Shown: positions 1-8,600 of the stretch, piece by piece | Layout: the number at the start of each line of letters is the position of its first letter | Numbering within the stretch: the first letter of the stretch is position 1 | NCBI GenBank assembly: GCA_050950165.1 | Contig: JBMNHC010000001.1 | Location: 1 to 37,046, forward strand | From: Candidatus Dojkabacteria bacterium | GTDB lineage: Bacteria; Patescibacteriota; Dojkabacteria; SC72 | Length of the DNA: 37,046 nt | Reading direction: 5' to 3' | Position numbers and translations under genes: made by a program | The notes under the pieces: generated by a model | Database searches by the model: none | What the model was told of the DNA's origin: nothing | The model's input: the letters and a program-made list of their open reading frames with translations, nothing else

Positions 1-321
1 TTCAGAATAACAAAGAGTAACCCTGATATTAAAAAGTATATTGATTTTATAGAAAACAACAGTAGCACTATTCTACTACCAGGAGAGAGTATGGAGGTAA
101 AATTTAATATACCCTCTGACCAGATAGAAAGAAATATCTATGCTCTACTTACTGCACAAAGCTCAACAGAGTACAGTAGTGAAAAATATATAGAAACAGA
201 ACTCTCTCTAATAGAAGATTCGAAAAGTCTAAAGATATTTTCTAAATTATCTTCTATACTACTCTACATCGTTATCGCTATTCCCCTCTATTTTATCTCT
301 AAAAAATTAAAACATGGATAA
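1..321 (+). CDS. 3' part of a gene entering from upstream; hypothetical secreted or surface protein with a C-terminal TM anchor
   Basis: Frame 1 is open from nt 1 (FRITKSNPDIKKYIDFIENNSSTILLPGES-MEVKF...), so the listed ATG at 91 is probably internal. Hydrophobic C-terminus LLYIVIAIPLYFI followed by KKLKHG. Stop overlaps the next start (ATGGATAA). Confidence 0.5.
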   Translation, partial: FRITKSNPDIKKYIDFIENNSSTILLPGESMEVKFNIPSDQIERNIYALLTAQSSTEYSSEKYIETELSLIEDSKSLKIFSKLSSILLYIVIAIPLYFISKKLKHG

Positions 322-730
322 TCCAATTTTAATAACAGTTGTCATTCTTGCCCTCATAGCCATACTTTTTCTAATGGCAAGAATAAATACATTAAAGATA
401 CCTGCTTCTAAGAAAGAAAAAATATTCAAAAGGTTAGAGGAATTAAAAATACAGATAGAAGAAAATGATGGATATGCTAGAAGAGATGCAATAATTAAAC
501 TAGATAACTTACTCTCACAGGCACTACAAAGTAGATATAGAAATAGTAATAGCTGTGGTGATAATCTTAAAATAGCAAAGAATCTTTTTAGAAAAGATAA
601 ATACCAAGAGATATGGGATGTACACAAGATTAGAAATGAGATAGTACACAAAGATAAAGAGATAGGATATGATACAGTATTACATGCTTACAAGGTATAT
701 AAAATGGCTATTAGTAAAATACTATCATGA
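314..730 (+). CDS. Small N-terminally TM-anchored protein with an HEPN-like RNxxxH motif (hypothetical)
   Basis: 138-aa ORF. N-terminal TM helix ILITVVILALIAILFLMA. C-terminal helical region with WDVHKIRNEIVH (Rx4H). 8-nt and 4-nt overlaps with flanking genes indicate an operon. Confidence 0.6.
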   Translation: MDNPILITVVILALIAILFLMARINTLKIPASKKEKIFKRLEELKIQIEENDGYARRDAIIKLDNLLSQALQSRYRNSNSCGDNLKIAKNLFRKDKYQEIWDVHKIRNEIVHKDKEIGYDTVLHAYKVYKMAISKILS

Positions 731-1350
731 AAACAATCAGAATACTCTTAATAACAATATTGCTCTTTGTACCTACTCTTCTTCTTGCACAGGAGAATGT
801 AGTTGAGATAGATGAGGAAGTATCTGAGAGTGAGTCTACACCCATTGTAGAAGAGAAAGAGAAGGCAGTAATCAGTAAAAACCAATACTTTGAACTAGAG
901 CTAATCAGAGGAGTACAGAATCCACTAACTAAAACCATTCCATTTACACTACGTATTACTCCTAAAGTTAAGTCAGAAAAAACACAGATACTTTGGAGTG
1001 TACCATCTACTCTCTCTCTAAAAACCCTTCATAGAGAATTTGTATCTTTAGAGAGTGGTAATACATACACATACAAGGTAAAAGTCAGTCCAAAAAGAGA
1101 AGGAACATACGACATTACAGCAAACATTGTGTCTTGGCAATACGATATTAACTACACAAACAGTGTAAGTTCAACAATTACATTAAGTCCAGGATTTGTT
1201 GTTCAACCAGTAGACGCAGAATATACAATCTCTTTACTACTAATTATCTTAGTAGGGATAGGGTTATTAGGTGCTGGAGGATTCTTTGCATACAGAGCAT
1301 CAGGTACTCTACTTAAAAAACTAAAGGCTTGGCTTACCCCTCCTGTTTAA
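727..1350 (+). CDS. Hypothetical secreted protein: signal peptide, acidic linker, beta-rich domain, C-terminal TM anchor
   Basis: N-terminus MKTIRILLITILLFVPTLLLAQE is signal-like. C-terminus ISLLLIILVGIGLLGAGGFFAY followed by basic residues. ATGA overlap with the upstream ORF. Confidence 0.6.
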   Translation: MKTIRILLITILLFVPTLLLAQENVVEIDEEVSESESTPIVEEKEKAVISKNQYFELELIRGVQNPLTKTIPFTLRITPKVKSEKTQILWSVPSTLSLKTLHREFVSLESGNTYTYKVKVSPKREGTYDITANIVSWQYDINYTNSVSSTITLSPGFVVQPVDAEYTISLLLIILVGIGLLGAGGFFAYRASGTLLKKLKAWLTPPV

Positions 1351-1621
1351 GTTTCTTCTTTAAAAGCTCATTCTCTCTCTCTAACCTCTCTATTCTCTTT
1401 AATAGCGATACCTGCTCATTACTACTAGTAGAGAGAAAGTAATCTGTAGGTTTTTTAAAAAATTCTGCTATCCTTTTAAGTATCTCTAAATTAGGATACG
1501 AGTTAGACGTCTCATATGAACTAATCGTTTTATCAGAAAGTCCTAAACTAAGAGCTAAACTCCTCTGTGATATACCGTACTCTTTTCTTACTTCTCTAAG
1601 TCTTTGTGCAAAAGATATCAT
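1334..1621 (-). CDS. XRE-family helix-turn-helix transcriptional regulator with a C-terminal coiled-coil tail
   Basis: FAQRLREVRKEYGISQRSLALSLGLSDKTISSYETSNSYPNLEILKRIAEFF is a classic Cro/C1 HTH. The tail LLKRIERLERENELLKKKL is heptad-like. Confidence 0.85.
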   Translation of the reverse strand: MISFAQRLREVRKEYGISQRSLALSLGLSDKTISSYETSNSYPNLEILKRIAEFFKKPTDYFLSTSSNEQVSLLKRIERLERENELLKKKLKQEG

Positions 1622-2169
1622 TTAAACAAATTACTAAGTAAATCTTTTAATATTTCTTTTACTGAAGGTCTCTCTTTTTCAACCACTTCTACATACCTAG
1701 CTGTACTGTAAACATCAAAACCTTCTTCAAATTTAGCACTTACCTCTGGAGAACTATACGGATTCTTAATCTGCTCTCTTAACTCTGAAATTATATTATT
1801 CTTCTCCTTCAACAGTACCCCACTCTGATCAATCTCTCCTTCCAAATCTGCAACCTTTTGTAAAAGCTTTCTCTCAATTATCTCTAAATCTCGAACTTTA
1901 TTCTTACATCCTACAAGCAAAGAGGCATCCTCAAGAATCTTTTTATGTTCATCTGATTGAAGTAATTTTTTGTATATATCTAATTCTTCAATAGCGGCAT
2001 ATCTATAATATGCATTCTCTCTACTACTTGGTTTTCTACCAAGAACAGCTAAAAAGATCTTCTCTATTGAACCTACTTTCTCTACTGCAAAATCTCTTAG
2101 TGAGCGTTTAGGCCCTGAACTAAAATCATCATTCTTGTCTTTGAAGAAATCTTCTCCCCCTCGTACCAT
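1618..2169 (-). CDS. Hypothetical protein, DUF4214-like segment plus coiled coil
   Basis: 183-aa ORF. VLGRKPSSRENAYYRYAAIEELDIYKKLLQSDEH resembles the DUF4214 pattern (LGR.P...G..YW....S.EF), followed by a long heptad-like region. ATGA overlap with the XRE gene. Confidence 0.5.
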   Translation of the reverse strand: MVRGGEDFFKDKNDDFSSGPKRSLRDFAVEKVGSIEKIFLAVLGRKPSSRENAYYRYAAIEELDIYKKLLQSDEHKKILEDASLLVGCKNKVRDLEIIERKLLQKVADLEGEIDQSGVLLKEKNNIISELREQIKNPYSSPEVSAKFEEGFDVYSTARYVEVVEKERPSVKEILKDLLSNLFK

Positions 2170-2206
2170 ACTTAATTATACCGTAGATATGAGGAAATTG
2201 CACCTG

Positions 2207-2282
2207 TGGAGCGGGAGACGGGACTCGAACCCGCAACCCTCTGTTTGGAAAACAGATATTCTAACCATTGAACTACTCCCGC
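2207..2282 (-). tRNA. tRNA-Gly(TCC), CCA encoded
   Basis: The reverse complement folds as a cloverleaf: gcgggag/ctcccgc acceptor, anticodon arm tctgt-tttccaa-acaga, T arm gcggg-ttcgagt-cccgt, 3' tcca. Confidence 0.9.
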
Positions 2283-2288
2283 ACACAC

Positions 2289-2777
2289 TTACTCCACACT
2301 CTCTTCATGTTTAACAGTTTCCTTTTCTTCCTCGACAACTTCCTCTTCCTGTTTACTAAGCTCTTCTTCTTCAATAGCTTCTTGATCTTCTCCTACCTCT
2401 GGTACTACAATCTCATCTGTTAAGTATAGATCTTTAGTATTCCCAACCTTAAGAGCCTTTCTACCTACTCTCTTTCTAAGATAGAATAGTTTGGACTTTT
2501 TAACATCTCCCCTCTTTATTACCTCTATCTTCTCTAAAAGATTTGAATGCATAGGGACTATCCTCTCTACACCTACACCATATGATATCTTCCTAACAGT
2601 AATTGTTTGATCTACACCTGCAGAACTCATTGCAATTACTACTCCCTCAAATACCTGAGTCCTCTCCTTACTTCCCTCTCTAATTTTCATAAAAAGCTTA
2701 ACCGTATCTCCAACCTTTACATCAGGTCTCTTCTTAAGTTGATCTTCACTTACTTTCTTTACAATATTTATATCCAT
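2289..2777 (-). CDS. rplS: 50S ribosomal protein L19 with an acidic C-terminal extension
   Basis: VKVGDTVKLFMKIREGSKERTQVFEGVVIAMSSAG...ITVRKISYGVGVERIVPMHSNLLEKIEVIKRGDVKKSKLFYLR matches L19. Start placed at the internal MDINIV (2777) rather than the ORF-track Met at 2861. Confidence 0.9.
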   Translation of the reverse strand: MDINIVKKVSEDQLKKRPDVKVGDTVKLFMKIREGSKERTQVFEGVVIAMSSAGVDQTITVRKISYGVGVERIVPMHSNLLEKIEVIKRGDVKKSKLFYLRKRVGRKALKVGNTKDLYLTDEIVVPEVGEDQEAIEEEELSKQEEEVVEEEKETVKHEESVE

Positions 2778-2879
2778 ATCTACTCTAGTTATATATAAAA
2801 AAGCATAGTACAAGTCATATGCACCGGCTATTATAGAATAATTTCCAAAATTATGCCACAATATATTACTAAAACTGCC

Positions 2880-4415
2880 ATGAACATTAAACAGAAAGTA
2901 TTACTAATAATTTTAGACGGCCTAGGAGTTGCACCAGATTCACCAGGTAATGCTGTTGTAAAAGCAAACACTCCCAATCTCTCTTCTCTTTGGAGTACAT
3001 CTCCTCATACATACCTTCTAGCATCAGGAGAAGCTGTAGGCTTACCAAAAGAGGTAAAAGGAAATAGTGAGGTAGGACATTTAAATATCGGTGCAGGAAG
3101 AGTAATTACTCAAACATTACCTAGAATAGATCAGTCAATAAAGAAAGGTCTCTTTTTTAAAAATAACACTTTGGAAGAAGCATTTAAATATGCACAGAGG
3201 TTTAACTCGAGAGTACACCTTCTTGGACTGTTAAGTGATGGAAGTGTACATTCACATATCTCACACTTTGAAGCAGTAATAAAATTCTTTGCAGAGAAAG
3301 GATTAAAAAGCCCTCTCTTCTTACACGCCTTTACTGATGGTAGAGACTCACCACCCAGTTCTGCCCTTACCTACTTTGACAGAATACAGAAGGTAATGGA
3401 TAACTACTCACTAGGCAAAATTGCAACCATATGTGGTAGAGCATGGGCTATGGATAGAAACGAGAGTTGGGATAGAACAAAAAAAGCATATGACCTTCTA
3501 ACTCTTAACAGTGGTAATACATGCCCATCATTTACACAGTGTGTACAGAAATCATACGAGAATAAAATTGCTGACGAATTCATAGAACCAACCGTAATTA
3601 TTCCAGACAGCATGATAAAACCGAGAGACGTTGTACTCTTTCTAAACTTTAGACCAGACAGAGCCTTACAGCTTAGTAAAGCATTAGTAGATAGCAGTTT
3701 TACACACTTCCGAAGAATAAATATATACCCAATATTTTTTGCTAGCATGGTAGAGTACAGAAAGAAATTCCCTCCCAAAGTACTCTTTCCTAAACAATAT
3801 ATTACATACCCTATTGGAAACATTATTGCATCTTCTGGTCTAAGACAGTTAAGAATAGCAGAGTCTGAAAAATTCCCTCATGTTACATACTTTTTCAATG
3901 GGGGAGCATCTATTAGATACACTAATGAAGATCGTATAGAGATACCATCTCCATCTGTTCCTACATATGATACAAAACCAGAAATGAGTGCAGTAGAGCT
4001 TACTAACCAGCTATTAGGAAAGATTGAATCCAATATCTATGATTTCATAGTAGTGAACTATGCAAATCCAGATATGGTAGGTCATACTGGTAATTTAGAA
4101 GCAACAATTAAGGCAATAGAGACGGTAGATGTTTGTGTTGGTCAGTTAGTCAAAACCTTTACAATACGAGGTGGTGCAGTAATAATTACTGCAGATCACG
4201 GTAATGCAGAAGAAGTTATTAACCTCGATACAGGCCAAACAGATACTGAGCACTCCTTCAATCCAGTACCCTTCTTAATTTCAGGATTAAATATCGCACC
4301 AAGAAATCTCCCATATGGAGCCTTAAAAGATATTACTCCTACAATTCTTAATATTATGGGAATACCTATTCCTTCAGATATGACAGGTTTCTCTTTACTA
4401 AATTCTACTTTTTAG
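2880..4415 (+). CDS. gpmI: 2,3-bisphosphoglycerate-independent phosphoglycerate mutase, copy 1
   Basis: LIILDGLG, GNSEVGHLNIGAGR, DGSVHSH, FTDGRDSPP, GRAWAMDRNESWDR, NFRPDR, EKFPHVTYFFNGG, NPDMVGHTG, ADHGNAE. Start at MNIKQK (2880); alternative Met at 2853. Confidence 0.93.
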   Translation: MNIKQKVLLIILDGLGVAPDSPGNAVVKANTPNLSSLWSTSPHTYLLASGEAVGLPKEVKGNSEVGHLNIGAGRVITQTLPRIDQSIKKGLFFKNNTLEEAFKYAQRFNSRVHLLGLLSDGSVHSHISHFEAVIKFFAEKGLKSPLFLHAFTDGRDSPPSSALTYFDRIQKVMDNYSLGKIATICGRAWAMDRNESWDRTKKAYDLLTLNSGNTCPSFTQCVQKSYENKIADEFIEPTVIIPDSMIKPRDVVLFLNFRPDRALQLSKALVDSSFTHFRRINIYPIFFASMVEYRKKFPPKVLFPKQYITYPIGNIIASSGLRQLRIAESEKFPHVTYFFNGGASIRYTNEDRIEIPSPSVPTYDTKPEMSAVELTNQLLGKIESNIYDFIVVNYANPDMVGHTGNLEATIKAIETVDVCVGQLVKTFTIRGGAVIITADHGNAEEVINLDTGQTDTEHSFNPVPFLISGLNIAPRNLPYGALKDITPTILNIMGIPIPSDMTGFSLLNSTF

Positions 4416-5025
4416 CAAATCTCTTTAATACACCCCTTAGCAGATAGAGAACAAAAAGAACTAAAAATACTACCAATATTATATTCTCATATTTACTAAC
4501 AAAACCCCCTACTAAATCCCAACTATCAGCCAACATATATCCTGCAAAAGTAAGTATTGTATTCCATATCAAAGCACCTATCAGTGTATATACTGAAAAT
4601 ACCAAAAACTTCATATTTGCAGCACCCGCAGGAAAAGAGATTACACTTCTTACAATAGGTATTAATCTACCTAACAGCACAATACTATTCCCACGCTTTT
4701 TAAACAATCTAAAAGCCCAATCTACATCCTCTCTCTCTATAAAAAGATACTTTCCATACTTATCAAGAAAATTAAAAAGAGCCTTCTCACTTAACCTACC
4801 TATAAAATAGAAAGGTAGAGTACCTAGATAAGCTGCTACAGTTGCAACCAATACAACTATATATATATTAAGAGCTCCAGAAGAGGCTACAAAGCCCGAA
4901 AACGGTAAAATTATCTCACTAGGTATCGGAGCAAAAAAACTCTCAACAAATACAGCTAGAGCAACACCAGGATAACCAATAGTGGTGATAATATTTACTA
5001 ACCAATCTATAAAAGTTTGTATCAT
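4405..5025 (-). CDS. DedA-family (VTT domain) membrane protein, copy 1
   Basis: GYPGVALAVFVESFFAPIPSEIILPFSGF..., RLIPIVRSVISFPAGAANM and a multi-pass hydrophobic profile are typical of DedA/SNARE-associated proteins. Confidence 0.85.
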   Translation of the reverse strand: MIQTFIDWLVNIITTIGYPGVALAVFVESFFAPIPSEIILPFSGFVASSGALNIYIVVLVATVAAYLGTLPFYFIGRLSEKALFNFLDKYGKYLFIEREDVDWAFRLFKKRGNSIVLLGRLIPIVRSVISFPAGAANMKFLVFSVYTLIGALIWNTILTFAGYMLADSWDLVGGFVSKYENIILVVFLVLFVLYLLRGVLKRFAKK

Positions 5026-5041
5026 GTACAGTCTCTCTTAA

Positions 5042-5629
5042 TTAATCTGAAGATGATATCTCAAATATACAGCTATTACCAATCTCTACTCTGTTTTGTT
5101 CTGCAAAACCCGCATTTAACTCCAGTGCATACTTAAATTTTTCATTAGAGTTAATAGCTGGACATATATTTCCCTCACAAGGTTGTAAATTCTCTTTAAT
5201 ATCTACAATAAAGCCCTTGCTATCGATAAAGAGGATATCTAACGGAATAAGCATCTCTTTCATCCAAAAAGAAGAAAAACCCTCATCATCCATAATAAAT
5301 AGCATACCCTCATAATCACCTAAATTCTGTCTACCAGAAAGACCTTGCATTCTCTTAGAAGCAGTATCTGCAATATCCACAGAGACAAGAATCGGATTAC
5401 CATCCCTGTTATATACCTCCATTTTCTCACCATCTTTGCTCTCATTTACTCTCTCTACTCCCTCTTTCCTATCCGATACCCTAATATCAAATATATGAAA
5501 TTTCTCTTGTACAAAGTAGAATATTGCAACAACAAAAAATATGTACAAAAGAATCTTAAGTGAACTATTCATATTCCATAATACTATGCACACAGAGAAA
5601 TAAAAAGTAGACACCCCAAAAAATATCAC
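5042..5629 (-). CDS. DUF192 domain protein with an N-terminal TM/signal segment
   Basis: MQGLSGRQNLGDYEGMLFIMDDEGFSSFWMKEMLIPLDILFIDSKGFIV...ALELNAGF fits the DUF192 signature. The start may be the internal MNSSLK (5572). Confidence 0.8.
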   Translation of the reverse strand: MIFFGVSTFYFSVCIVLWNMNSSLKILLYIFFVVAIFYFVQEKFHIFDIRVSDRKEGVERVNESKDGEKMEVYNRDGNPILVSVDIADTASKRMQGLSGRQNLGDYEGMLFIMDDEGFSSFWMKEMLIPLDILFIDSKGFIVDIKENLQPCEGNICPAINSNEKFKYALELNAGFAEQNRVEIGNSCIFEISSSD

Positions 5630-5666
5630 GTATAATTGCTACGCTATAAATTTGCATTCTCTAAAC

Positions 5667-7874
5667 ATGCAAACCTTCGAAAGTGAGCTCAATCCAATGC
5701 ACACTCGGATTGACCAGATTAACGATTTCTCTAGCATAAAGATAAAAAATCATACAGAGAAAGAAGAGTATCCACATTTAGAAAAAGTAACAAATATTAA
5801 TGCCTACTTCTGTAAGAAAATAATAAGGAGATTAAAAGAACTAGAGATAGAACTAGAGAAACAAGTCGAAGTTATAGAGATGGAAACTGATTTAGATGCA
5901 AGAAAAGAAGCAGTAGGAGTATACAACAAGATACTAAAGAATATCCAAGATTGCATTGTGAGAATAAATAGAGATCTTTCAAAATTAGACTCTCCTTACT
6001 TTGGTAAGATACTTTTTGAATTAAATATTAAAGACCGTATATCACAGATGCCTGTATATATAGGTAAGTTTGCACTTGTAGATCAAAATACATACAAACC
6101 CCTAATTAGTGACTGGAGAGCACCTATAGCTAACATATACTATGAAAATAGTGGACCTACAGAAAACTTACACTACAACACTCCCTCAGGAGTAAAAAGT
6201 GGTAATCTTTTACAAAAACGACAATTTAATATCAGTGAAGCCAGATTTATCAACATATATGATGCTAAAAGTGGTAATGTTGCAGCTGATGAATTCCTAC
6301 TTGCTCAACTAAACAAAAGACTAGGAGAGAAATTACAAGACATTGTAGCCACAATACAAGCTCAACAAAACGATATCATTAGAGACAAAATTAATAGACC
6401 TATTATAATACAGGGAGTTGCAGGAAGTGGTAAAACTACAATATTACTACACAGATTAGCATACCTCTTCTATACATACAAAGAATATATACACCCAGAA
6501 AGGAGTTTAATAGTAGGACCGAATAAAATGTTTCTAGACTACATTGCTGATGTACTTCCAAGTTTAGGAATAGATAATGTAGAAGCTAACACATATATAT
6601 TCTGGGCAAAAAACATACTAGGATGGAACGATAAATATACTCTAGACCCTTCTGAACCAGATTTAGAGATAAAAGAGTATAAAGGATCTATACAATTTTT
6701 AGAAACAGTAGATTCATACTTCGAAGAATTTGAGTCTGATCTTCTGGAAAATATCCCATACACTACAAAAGAGATAGTAAAACATAGATATTACGAACTT
6801 AAAAAGACATATCCCAATATCGCGATGAATGAACGCTTAACTCTAGCACTGGAGTACAGCTTTACACAGAAACAGTTTAGAGAGAAGAGGATAGAGGCTC
6901 TTAGTAAGAAAAGTGATTTTGAAAAAGAAAAGAAGAAAGAAATCTCTAAATACTTTAATAGAAATACCGTACCGATAGAGGTATACAAAAATATGTTTAA
7001 GAAAGGATATACAACATCTAAGATAGCAAAATATACACTACCTACTCTAACTAAGAAAGGTAAAAATCATATTCTAAGAATTGAGGATATAGCTCCAATC
7101 CTCTATCTCCATCTTAAGATATATGGAACTAAAGAGTATGAGAAAGAATATGTCATGGTAGATGAAGCACAAGATTTAAGTGTAGTTCAAATTGCTACAC
7201 TACTTCAGATATCAAGAAAGCATAATGTAACAATAGCGGGAGACCTTGCTCAATCAATCATAGCTCCTTTCTACATAAAGGACTGGAATCAGATAATTGA
7301 GCTTTTTAAGAAACTAAATATTGAGGAATATTCTTTCCATCAATTAAATAGATGCTACAGAAGTACTGTAGAGATAATAGAGTATGGAAACAAAATATTT
7401 AGAGATAGATTTCCTAAAAGCTATAAATTACCCGAAGCAGTATTAAGACATGGAGAAGATATTAAAACAATTGTACATGATAAGACAATAGATTCATTAG
7501 ACGAGAATAGAGTTAAAGAGCTAATAGATATTCTTAAAAAAGAATTTGCAAAGGGATCTGTCACATGTGCATTAATTTGTAGAAACAGAAAACATACTAA
7601 AGATACATATGAGAGATTAAGTAAATATGAACAATATTTAGGAAAAGAAATAGTTGATTTTACCTTAAATGATTACAAAACTGGATTATTAATACTACCC
7701 ATTGAAGATGCAAAAGGACTAGAATTTGATACTGTAATACTCCTAGATGTAAATAGAGAACACTATCCTGATAGTGAGCTCTCTACAAGGCTTCTTTATG
7801 TTGCAATAACAAGAGCTTTACATAGATTAATAATTATAGAGAATAGTAATAGATCAGTACTTTTTGAAAAATGA
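5667..7874 (+). CDS. UvrD/Rep superfamily-1 helicase, HelD (helicase IV)-like
   Basis: Walker A GVAGSGKTT; VMVDEAQDLS; GLEFDTVILLD; LYVAITRALHRL. The N-terminal region has LISDWRAPIANIYYE, typical of HelD-type proteins. The ORF track starts at TTG 5652; the first ATG is 5667. Confidence 0.85.
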   Translation: MQTFESELNPMHTRIDQINDFSSIKIKNHTEKEEYPHLEKVTNINAYFCKKIIRRLKELEIELEKQVEVIEMETDLDARKEAVGVYNKILKNIQDCIVRINRDLSKLDSPYFGKILFELNIKDRISQMPVYIGKFALVDQNTYKPLISDWRAPIANIYYENSGPTENLHYNTPSGVKSGNLLQKRQFNISEARFINIYDAKSGNVAADEFLLAQLNKRLGEKLQDIVATIQAQQNDIIRDKINRPIIIQGVAGSGKTTILLHRLAYLFYTYKEYIHPERSLIVGPNKMFLDYIADVLPSLGIDNVEANTYIFWAKNILGWNDKYTLDPSEPDLEIKEYKGSIQFLETVDSYFEEFESDLLENIPYTTKEIVKHRYYELKKTYPNIAMNERLTLALEYSFTQKQFREKRIEALSKKSDFEKEKKKEISKYFNRNTVPIEVYKNMFKKGYTTSKIAKYTLPTLTKKGKNHILRIEDIAPILYLHLKIYGTKEYEKEYVMVDEAQDLSVVQIATLLQISRKHNVTIAGDLAQSIIAPFYIKDWNQIIELFKKLNIEEYSFHQLNRCYRSTVEIIEYGNKIFRDRFPKSYKLPEAVLRHGEDIKTIVHDKTIDSLDENRVKELIDILKKEFAKGSVTCALICRNRKHTKDTYERLSKYEQYLGKEIVDFTLNDYKTGLLILPIEDAKGLEFDTVILLDVNREHYPDSELSTRLLYVAITRALHRLIIIENSNRSVLFEK

Positions 7875-8572
7875 GTATATACGGATTAATAATTGGAGTA
7901 GCCACTATTTTAGGATTAGAACTCCTAAGAAGAAAAACTAATATAAAAGAATATCACCTACTTCTACTACCCATTTTCGCTTTAATAGGAGCAAGAACAC
8001 TCTTTCTTCTTCATAATATAGAGGAGATCGTAAGAGGAGAGATAAAAATATTTCATATATGGAATGGTGGACTTGCATTTTGGGGAGCATTAATTGGCTT
8101 ACTTTTTGGTATATATATACTCTCAAGAAAATATAAGACTCCCTTTCTATCCCTTACCGATACCTCTTTACTCTTTCTACCCCTTCTACAAGCTATTGGA
8201 AGAATAGGAAACTACTTTAACAGAGAACTCTATGGAAAACCAACAGACTTACCATGGGCAATAGAGATACCTAAAGAATTTAGATTAGAAGGATATGAAA
8301 ACTTTCTTACCTTTCATCCTCTCTTTCTCTATGAAGCAGTCCTAAACATATTCCTTTTTACACTACTACTTTACATCTCTAAAAAAAGTAAAATGAAAGG
8401 AGTAGTAACTACAATATATCTAATAGGGTACAGCTTAATTAGAATATGGATGAATAGAATTCGTATAGATAAAGAATATTTTTTAGGTATAGAAACATCA
8501 GATCTTTTCGCTTCTATTTTCTTAATAATAGGAATACTACTATTAGTAGTAATATATAAAAAGCATAAATAA
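7871..8572 (+). CDS. lgt: Phosphatidylglycerol-prolipoprotein diacylglyceryl transferase
   Basis: HIWNGGLAFWGALIG; QAIGRIGNYFNRELYGKPTDLPWAI; multi-TM profile. ATGA overlap with the helicase gene. Confidence 0.9.
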   Translation: MSIYGLIIGVATILGLELLRRKTNIKEYHLLLLPIFALIGARTLFLLHNIEEIVRGEIKIFHIWNGGLAFWGALIGLLFGIYILSRKYKTPFLSLTDTSLLFLPLLQAIGRIGNYFNRELYGKPTDLPWAIEIPKEFRLEGYENFLTFHPLFLYEAVLNIFLFTLLLYISKKSKMKGVVTTIYLIGYSLIRIWMNRIRIDKEYFLGIETSDLFASIFLIIGILLLVVIYKKHK

Positions 8573-8600
8573 ACAGTACAAAAGCCTTACAAGAAACTCT

